Below are positions 54,727 through 64,000 of a stretch of 64,000 bases of DNA, piece by piece. The position numbers were made by a program, and so were the translations under genes. The first letter of the stretch is position 1, and every line of letters begins with the position of its first letter. The DNA is taken from NCBI GenBank assembly GCA_951406725.2, contig OX597815.1, positions 24,118,001 to 24,182,000 on the forward strand, given 5' to 3'. The notes beneath the pieces were generated by a model. That model did no database searches. It had not been told where the DNA came from and saw only the letters and a list, made by a program, of their open reading frames with translations. This DNA is from Octopus vulgaris. Taxonomy: Eukaryota.

Positions 54727-55268
54727 GCCCTGATGCAGTACCAGACAGTGGCTCTCATGGCTTCTGACCTTAACTGATTGGAAGTGTTATCATGTACGTT
54801 GTTCTGTCTTGGTATAAAATATGGACTACATCAAATATTCTGCTCAATACCACAGATTTACTTGTCAGTTGTTTGACCCCGGCCGGTTGACCATGTCCCT
54901 TAGTGGCTGACGATATGTGCATCTCTGATCACGAGCAGAAGTAGTGGGGGAGCATCGTAGCCATGTGTTGAGAGGGATTCTTCGGGGGGTTTAAATAATT
55001 CACCTCTGGAAGCATGTGTGTCTCGTTCAACATCCTTAAACAACCTTTTGAGCAGAATGGGCTGCTCGACCAGAAGAAAATTCTAACTGGGCCCCACCAG
55101 CATGGTCATGAGCTGTTTATCTTGATATGAGATCATCATGTCACGCACATATGGTTGTGATGCATGTGCCTAGTGTACCCTTATCAGACGGGTAGTCATG
55201 ATGGGTATACTGGGCTTCGTATATTTTACTCCAGTGTCACTTTGATGGCATGCACTGCTCTCTCACTC
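54725..55268 (+). mobile_element. ~545-bp non-coding element inserted in (TAA)n; putative Dong/R4-clade non-autonomous derivative
   Basis: GC-richer unique block sharply bounded by (AAT)n on both sides. Dong elements are known to target TAA repeats. No ORF support. Confidence 0.5.
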
Positions 55269-55323
<55 letters not shown>

Positions 55324-55736
55324 GTTCCAATTTTTCCACAAGGGGAGCCATTTTGAGAAAGGGGATGAGTCGATTACATCGACCTCAGCGTTCAACTGGT
55401 ACTTAATTTATCGACCCCGAAAAGATGAGAGGCAAAGTCGACCTTGGTGGCATTTGAACTCAGATCGGAGCGATGGGCGAAATACCACTGAGTATTTCGT
55501 CCAGCTGCCTTAATAACAACAACAACAACAACAATGATAATAATAATAAGCCGTCATATATTGAGGAAACCGTCTCGCAACACTGCACTCTCCTTATTCA
55601 CAAGCAACACTGTTAAAACCATCAAAGATGTTATTTAGCTTCAGTTCGGCTATAATCAAACAGATCTATAATTAAAGATGTTAATCTCGAATGAACTTTC
55701 ATGGCGATCACACGTTCATAACACTGGCAAAAAGAA

Positions 55737-55781
<45 letters not shown>

Positions 55782-56152
55782 CAAAAAAACGGCGTACTTA
55801 AAGCTCCTTTTCGTATTCAGGACCGGAAAATATTTCATTTCTAATCAATTTTTGTCCCTTGTTTAAAACGTAAATGTGACCCAAATTAGAGTACTGTACT
55901 TATATGAGACTTAGTGCAACTGCTACACTTACAAATATTCAAAACTTATTCAAGAGATATCGATTAGGTGTATTGGAATACTTTTCCAAAAGCTTTACAA
56001 ATATTGGTGCATGGAATCGTTGAGTTTTCCCTGTCCTTTCTATCATTACGAATCCTTTCCGTCTGAATTAGTAAATTGAATACCATTACAATATGACTAT
56101 CTGTTGCATCTACAACTCCTCCTCTAGTCATCACAACTGTATCTCTTTAAAG

Positions 56153-56541
56153 TGGAGGCGCAATGGCCCAGTGATTAGGGCAGCGGACTCGCAGTCATAG
56201 GATCGCGGTTTCGATTCCCAGACCGGGCGTTGTGAGTGTTTATTGAGGGAAAACACCTAAAAGCTCCACGAGGCTCCGGCAGGGGATGGTGGTGATCTCT
56301 GCTGTACTCTTTCACCACAACTTTCTCTCACTCTTACTTCCTGTTTCTGTTATACCTGTACTTCAAAGGGCTGGCCTTGTCACTCTCTGTGTCACGCTGA
56401 ATATCCCCGAGAACTACGTTAAGGGTTCACGTGTCTGTGGAGTGCTCAGCCACTTACACGTTAATTTCACGAGCAGGCTGTTCCGTTGATTCGGATCAAC
56501 CGGAACCCTCGTCGTCGTAACCGACGGAGTGCTTCCATTCC
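56153..56541 (+). mobile_element. tRNA-derived SINE, head H1 plus tail T2, full length
   Basis: 12-bp TSD ATCTCTTTAAAG at 56141-56152 and 56542-56553; box A and box B motifs. Confidence 0.9.
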
Positions 56542-56625
56542 ATCTCTTTAAAGAAAACCTTTCTCCCGGCACTATTTTTTGGCCTATGATTACATTAGTA
56601 AGTAGCTGAAATATAATTCAACTCA

Positions 56626-56850
56626 GGAGGCGGCGAGCTGGCAGAATCGTTAGCGCGACGGGCGAAATGCTTAGCGGTATTTCGTCTGCCGCTATGTTCT
56701 GAGTTCAAATTCCGCCGAGGTCGACTTTGCCTTTCATCCTTTCGGAGTCGATTAAATAAGTACCAGTTACGCACTGGGGTTGATGCAATCGACCCTTTGT
56801 CTGTCCTTGTTTGTCCCCTCTATGTTTAGCCCCTTGTGGGCAATAAAAAA
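56626..56850 (+). mobile_element. SINE family A, full length
   Basis: TSD ATATAATTCAACTCA. Confidence 0.88.
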
Positions 56851-57220
56851 ATATATAATTCAACTCAAGTATTAAAATGGTACATGTTTACTGTTAATTG
56901 TTTCAATCTTCAGAATTACACTTTTACAGTTAAAAATTATATTGGTATTTTGCTCCTTTTACCGGTAAAATTTTACATTTAGTCTTACTTGCATGTGGAA
57001 ATATATTTGTAATAGTGGTTTCAAATTTTAGCACAAGTGGGAAGGGTACTAGTCGATTACATCGACTCCAGTGTTCAACTGGTACTTATTTTATAGACCC
57101 CGAAACGACGAAGGGCATAGTCAACCTGGGCGAAATTTTGAACTCAGAACGTAAATACAGACCAGATGCTCGCTGCCTTAAACATATTTGTAATATATTA
57201 TTTATGAACTAAGGTGAATA

Positions 57221-57726
57221 GGACTTTTTCCTTTTGAACGGCAGTTTGTAACATAATTTCTAGGTAACTAAAAAATTTAGATCGATACTAGGGTTATAAT
57301 TATGGGTGACAATTTTATACGACACCGCTATAAAAAACTTAGCGGTGTCGTATGAAATTGTCACCCATAATTATAACCCTAGTATCGATCTATTGCATTT
57401 CAATCTATTTTAGATTTAGGGTTAGGGGGGTGGGGGAAGGGTATCTTTTTTCTTCACAAATGTAAATAAACCCAATCTGTTTCTTAAAGGAGGGTCATAT
57501 TCATTATGTACAGAATGTTATTTACGTCAATGGAGGTTATTGATTGGTTAAAATTGCCGAAATGCTCGAAATTAAAGACGGAATATGTTACAACCTATAG
57601 AATTTTCTCAATAAAGCCAAGAGAAAATGATGTTTTATAAACACATTCTACCAGTATACGAAGTTTAAAACATTTTAGCTACCTAGAAATTATGTTACAA
57701 ACTGCTGTTCAAAAGGAAAATTATCC
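57221..57726. mobile_element. Rearranged MITE-C with two left ends and an internal 52-bp-stem hairpin
   Basis: 57279-57330 pairs with 57340-57391 (one mismatch); both termini carry the left-end subterminal ACATAATTTCTAGGTA. Confidence 0.82.
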
Positions 57727-59303
57727 AATTCGGCGTATCCAAGTCAGAAGGCGTAGACTGAGTTGCACACTTATTTGCATTTTATGGATGTTTCTTAAGG
57801 AAACGTCAGCAGATTGCATTAGAACAATGTTGAAGAATGCTGTTTCAGTAAAAATATAAATGCAAAGAAAAGGCTAGACACAAACGAAGCTTGTTCGATC
57901 TCTCCCTCTCTCTTCCAACGCGTGCGCGACGCACACACACCCAAACACACATCTCTCCCCAACGTACACACACGTTTAACGAAGTAACTTAAGTCACGAT
58001 CAGGGTGCATTGTTATAAAAATAAACGTTGTAGCGAATAGACGCGCGCTGGCAATAAATGTTCTCCTTGATATGGCTAGCCGCAATATGCCACTGACCTG
58101 TTGTTGTTTTGTTGACAAATACATAACAGCAAACATTCATTCGCCTGTAAATGATTATGAACACTTAAAAGTTGTCCTCTGAAAATAGTTTCTACTCGAA
58201 TCACAACATTGCTGAGAAAATAAAATGTTTATGAAAGCAATAGAAACTGCTCTGCAACCATGTAAGACTTGTTTGATATTTGAGGTCACAGTTGAACCGA
58301 CCACTGAATTTGTCGCTTCTGTTACGTACGAGGTTTATTTTTGATACCGACAAGACAGGGAAATATTTGCTTTGTGAGAATTATCCTTTTGTGATAATGT
58401 AAAAGAAAAGACTATCTGCATGTAGTAGTATAATATATATTTGTGTGGTTATGTCTATATAATGCTTTCCTTTCCAAATATATAATAATGGGGTCCATAG
58501 AATATTATATAAATGACTTCAATATTCGTAAGTGGAAGGAATAGCGGAAACAGTGGGCTGGACAAAAAAAAAATTTTCGTTTTTCTTCTTTGAATTCAAA
58601 TCCCCTACAATTTTTGCTTTAGTCATCTGGTGTCTCTAAAGTAACTTCACCCAATCGTTAATGTGTTTTGCCTCACGTCACTGAAGGAGTTCGTTGTAAT
58701 AATTTATTTTTTCTTGAAATGATAGAAGAAAAAATTAAGGTTAAGGTTAAGGTTTTGGCATGGCTTAATAGTTAAGAAGTTAGGCTTATAATCATGAGTT
58801 CTAGGCTCGATTCTATAGCCTGCGTGGCATCATGGTCAAATGTCTTTAGTACATTCCGATTGCGTGACATCTTGGGTACTTTCATTACTACAACCTTACT
58901 TTACAGCCATAGGCAGTAAACACACTTGCTCGCGCTGGGCAAGTGTCTTTAGTACAACCACAAGGCTCATGCCTCGTGAGTGAAATTGGCTTGTTGGAAA
59001 CTGTGAAATCCCGTCGAATGGAGTGCACCTGCAGTTCAAAGGTTCGGTTTTGTCACATGCTGTGTCACGTTGATTCGAATTGGTTTTACATTGAGAGCAC
59101 AAGTGTGTGGAGAATGTTCAGCCATTTTACACGTCAATTTCAATGAATCGGACATTGTGTTGTCCGAACGCTTAAATGCTCATCATCGAACCCGATCCAG
59201 CCACCAGTATGATTAATACAACTGATTTCATTCATTCCTTATTACAAAAGAAAAAAAAAAAAAAAAACTCAGAGGTGCAGGCGTGGCTGTGTGGTAAGAA
59301 GTT

Positions 59304-59901
59304 GATCTAGTCTTTCATTTGCAAAATGATCCCCCTTTAACTTTGCTCAGATTGCTTTCAATTTTGGTGTATCGATGCAACTCTGAATTTTGGTTACGAT
59401 CAACCAATTACTTTATCTCGTAAATTAAAGAATCTGATGTTATTTGGAATTAAAGTTGAGAAATTTGGGTAATTTTAACCAATCAACAGACAGCGAGGCA
59501 TTACATCCTATTACCACGACAACCGCACATTGTGTTGTGTTCCACCCGCACCCCACGAGATTTACTTCACCCGCGTGCTTTGTTTCAATAAAAATTTATA
59601 TTTATCAATTAGAATTTTATTATAGATATTTATCGTCAATTGTCTTAATATTTTACGTATTTTTCATATATAGCAAAAATTGCTTGCGATGTTTATAGAG
59701 TTTCTTGGCATTATGAAGGTGAATGGAATATGTGAACTTAGTACAGATAATTTGACATTATTTTTTAATTCTGCATGCAAAAACATAAGATACAGGTATT
59801 CGTTTTCTTGGGACAAATTCTTTGTTGACCTGTGTTATTATTATTGTAGTTTACAAATCCAAGCATGAAAACGTTACTCAACTTTGAAGTTTTGGACACA
59901 C

Positions 59902-59953
<52 letters not shown>

Positions 59954-60436
59954 ATATATTAATGATGTACACAAATACATGACAGGTGTACAAAATACTC
60001 AAATACGCATGAAATAAACACATGCAGACAAATATATTGATATTACACATTTAAAAAAATAATAAAAACATACAATCAATAAAGACACAAAAGAAACAAT
60101 AAGATGTTACATGTTGATTTTATTAGGTATTTCTGTTTATTTAGAAACCTACAATGACGAGGTCATTTCACAGACGCTAAACTATAAATTTCACAGGGTA
60201 CAACCTTAAAGTTGACACCGCTCCGCTAAACGCAGAAAATTTCTATCTCGCTATTGGCTATAAATACACAGTTTTTCGATTTTTAAACCTCTGTAACTTT
60301 TGCCTCCATTTTTTTCTCCACAACATCATACCTTCATAGCAATTAGACTGGAAAACTTTATTATTATAGCCGATTTTCAGATTTTTTAGTCTTTAAAAAA
60401 AAAATGCATATTATGCGAATGAAAAAAACTAGATCC
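59304..60436. mobile_element. ~1.13-kb TIR element splitting a family-B SINE
   Basis: Ends GATCTAGTCTTTCATTTGCA and TGCGAATGAAAAAAACTAGATCC; duplicated target GAAGTTG(G); SINE head 59275-59304 continues at 60437-60785. Confidence 0.72.
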
Positions 60437-61686
60437 GAAGTTGGCTTCCCAGCCACATGGTTTTGAGTGACACCCTGGGCAATGTCTTCTACTATAGCCT
60501 CGAGTTGGTCAAAGCCATGTGAGTGAATTTGGAAGACAGAAATTGAAGCAGCCCATTGTGTGTGTTTGTGTTTGTCCACACCACCGCTTGATAACTGGTG
60601 GTGCTTTGTTTGCATCCACGTAACTTAGCGGTTCGTTAAAAGAGGCCGACAAAATGAGTGCCAAACTTAAAGAAAAATTATAAATACAGGGGTTGATTTG
60701 TTCGACTAAACCCTTCCTGACGGTGCCCCAGCATGGCCGCAGACCAATGACTGAAACAAATAAACAGATAAAAAGAATAAAAAGTTGGTATAAATAGCAA
60801 GTTTTTTCATGCGTGACGCAAAAAAAAAAAGAAAAAGAAAAAGGAGAAATATACAAGACGATAATCAACCAAATAGTTTATAATGCAAATGGAGTTTATA
60901 TACCACACCCGTCTTCTTCAGAATTTAGCAGTGTGTCAATAAGTCACATCCGTCTTCCGTTGAAGAAATCATATGTCAATAAGCCACGCCCGACCTTAAA
61001 GAGTTAAATAAAATAATATTTGGGCAGTTAAAGGCGGTGATTGACAATCGTTAGCACGCCAGGCAAAATGCTAAGTGATCCATCTTTACGTTTTGACTTC
61101 AATTTCCACCGAAATCGACTTTGCTTTCATCGTTTAATAAGTACCAGTTGAACACTAGGGTCGATTTAATCAACTTAGACTTTACTCTAAAATTGTTGGC
61201 CTTCTGCCAAAATTTAAAGCCAATATTTAGGCAGCATCTGAACTCCATTAGACATAATCTCGTGAAATTTTAATGTCGTGATAGAAAAATATAAAACTAG
61301 TTGAAGTGACGAAGAAACTAATTCTTAATTTTTTGCATTTCTTATTAAGAAAAATTTATTTGTTGAAGTTGAAAAAAAAAAAAAATGAGAAAATACCGAT
61401 TCGTTGCGGTAGAAAGATTTTCAAGTATTCGTTCATGATTTTTAGGACAGGCGGGGTTGAGTGAAATGAGAATAATGAAATATAATACAAAGGCATCTGC
61501 ATAGGTCGCTTTTCATCGTTCCACTTTATCTACAGGCTTCAGGTCATAGTCAGATCACAGTAATCTTAGCATACAAGGTTAGTTTCTGTAGTATTTTAGT
61601 TATTCTGTGCGCATACGTGACTCGAAGGTGTTCCTGTGTGCATATTCGGTTACATATAAATACATATATATCCGGTTATATATACA

Positions 61687-61778
<92 letters not shown>

Positions 61779-62071
61779 GTGTATGTGCATGTACATGGTT
61801 GTTTTCACACACACACACACGCACGTGCACGCGTGTGTGTGTATAGATATATATATATATTCTATAGTAAAATCTATTTGTGTAGGACCATGTTACTAAC
61901 TTTTAACCCCAGGAAAATATCATTTCCAGTTGGTTATCGACACGACCTGTGTCTGAACTATACTGTGAACAAGGGAGCGTACTACTCCCTCCTAGCCACT
62001 AGTAGTACCAACAGACCCATGGTTTCTGGGTAATTTTCTGTCCTCAGTGCTAGACAACCGCCAGCTAGAGA

Positions 62072-63010
62072 TAAAATCTTTATTATAATCATACGATCTT
62101 ACATAGATTTGGACATAACAAGACAAACAATTACAAAGAATGTTATGAGAGTTCGAATGAAACTTAAAAATTTAGTTATAATCTATATATATAAAACTCT
62201 AGTTGTGTGAGTGTCTGTCCCCTTCGATTTAGATTCCTAACTCCTCCCACATTTTGCGGTGCAGTTTAACCAAATTCGGGTATCTTATAGTCGTGATTCA
62301 TATCGAGCCCGTCTGACTATTAGCGCGCGTCAACGATGAGTCTACGATTTTAAAAATAATTTAACATAATTTTTTATTCCATTTTAATGCATAATCTTTC
62401 GTGTGTCGATGGCGGCGGAGTTGGCGTCCACGCTCACAGCTGCACCTGTTTGCTTCTCCCCCTTCCCTCCCTCGTGAAGCTGTGGGGGAAGGGAGTGTAA
62501 AGAAATCAACGTCGTAATGCGTTGTCAAGGAGACCAGCGTTCTTTTAGAACAACGACTTCATGGCTTGAAGACACCAAAACAGAAATGGCTAAGAAAGCC
62601 CGAATTGGCATCTATAAGGGAAGTAACTCTCTAAAAATGCTTAGATAGTTATTTCCCTTACAAACCCGAGCAACGCCGGGCGATACTGCTAGTATGACAT
62701 AAACGAAAACTTGGCTTACTTTTGCCTTTAAACGAATCATTGGCTTACTTTTGGCTTTATAACGAGAACTTTAGTGCGTTTTTTTTTTTTTAAAAATAAC
62801 ATTAGAAAACATAACATGTTAAAATGAAAAGGGGGAGAAGTGCAGGTTCCGAATTTTGAACCCGGCAGCCTATAAGGCCCAGCAACTAATTTTTTCTTTC
62901 TTTGATGATTAAGCTGGGTAACTAACACCCACCTTTCTCATCACATCCTTCCAACGTTCCACATACTCTTTCTGTGGCAGGTTCCTCTTCTCCAACTCCA
63001 TCTTGCTCTT
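62072..63010 (-). mobile_element. 5'-truncated L1/Tx1-like LINE end
   Basis: 14-bp TSD CCGCCAGCTAGAGA at 62058-62071 and 63011-63024; minus frame SKMELEKRNLPQKEYVERWKDV (Tx1-like C-terminus); AATAAA at the 3' end. Confidence 0.65.
62182..62692 (+). mobile_element. Non-autonomous Helitron, 511 bp, intact ends
   Basis: A|TCTATATATATAAA ... hairpin CCCGAGCAACGCCGGG ... CTAG|T; inserted between A and T with no TSD. Confidence 0.93.
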
Positions 63011-63641
63011 CCGCCAGCTAGAGACAGCAGCTTACTCGACCCTACTCTCGGTATATAAATATAGAAGTGACAGACAGTTACTGATCTCGTAATGAGTAAA
63101 ACAGCTGGTTTCAACTCTCTGAATGAGAACCAAGTAGTAACCATACGGCAAAATAAAACCTGTTTGCCAACGCATGGTGGCAGTCCTGCGTAGGACCATG
63201 TTACTACCTTTTAACCCCCTGGAAAACATCTTTTCCAGCTGGTATTGACACACGACCTGTGTCTGAAATATATTGTGAACAAGGGAGCGTAGTACTCCTT
63301 CCTAGCTTCCTTCAGTTTCCGTCTACGAAATCCACTCACAAGGCTTTGGTCGGCCCCGAGCTATAGTACAGTGGTTCCCAATCTTTTCTCAACTCTTCGT
63401 GGCAAGGCGATTTGACGTCTATCTTTAGCATATAGGAACCCACTTTAGTGGTCATTCCTCTTATAAATTGTAATATAGCCGGCCGCCAACACTTTTTTCT
63501 GCAAAATAGGTGTGACATATCCTGTTCAGGCTATGTTATTAGCATTATCCTGCGTTTGAGAATTTAAAATCACTTCTTTAACTTTCTAAGACGCTTCTAA
63601 AGCAAACTTTGTTTGTTTTTTTACGTTCATCGTAATTTGAA

Positions 63642-63705
<64 letters not shown>

Positions 63706-64000
63706 GATGTGTGTTTGTGTGTGTGTGAGTGTGTGTACAAGAACTAAGCAAAGAACAGAATTGAAAGCCCTAATAAAAATTTATAGTAATATAGTCTCCT
63801 TAGTCCAAACCTTACCAAAATAAAGTTTAAAATTTATTTATAGAAAGCTAACATTGGCCCCAAATTCAACCTCATTCTCTGTGTGTGCGTTTGTGAGTGT
63901 GCATATACAAAAATAAAAGAGTATATATATATATGTGTGTATACAAACGTGTATGTGCACACGCACACCCTCGTGCGCGCATGCTCGCACTCTTACATAA

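Larger units (their letters stand above)
61881..63306 (+). mobile_element. LTR-like repeat (61881-62071 plus 63025-63190) followed by a partial second tandem copy (63189-63306)
   Basis: Starts TGTAGGAC and ends GTCCTGCG; TATATAAA and AATAAA inside; 61881-61996 recurs at 63189-63306. Confidence 0.6.

Overview
AT-rich, microsatellite-dense eukaryotic DNA. I read it as coleoid cephalopod (Octopus-like) intergenic or intronic sequence; this is inferred from the SINE and microsatellite repertoire and TTAGGG motifs, not proven. No host protein-coding gene, rRNA, true tRNA or CRISPR array is supportable, and almost all listed ORFs are read-throughs of microsatellites or SINEs. The window is a layered transposon landscape. 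It holds several tRNA-derived SINE families (my labels A, B, H1, H2), a ~420-bp GG-terminal MITE with 8-bp TSDs and internal (CCCTAA)n, two non-autonomous Helitrons, fragments of RTE, L1/Tx1, CR1/Jockey-like and mariner elements, LTR-like relics, and Penelope-like or retrozyme-like pieces with hammerhead ribozyme motifs. The strongest observations are: (1) an old ~1.7-kb fold-back palindrome centred at 37734, with one 42-bp unit in one arm and 17 copies in the other, giving a 50% Asp/Glu ORF; (2) a 546-nt hammerhead-delimited unit with a near-perfect 240-bp inverted arm, plus other fold-backs that turn at hammerhead-like motifs; (3) self-targeting SINE concatemers inserted under single TSDs; (4) combinatorial head and tail swapping among SINEs. 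Coordinates were read by eye, so ends of degenerate elements are approximate.
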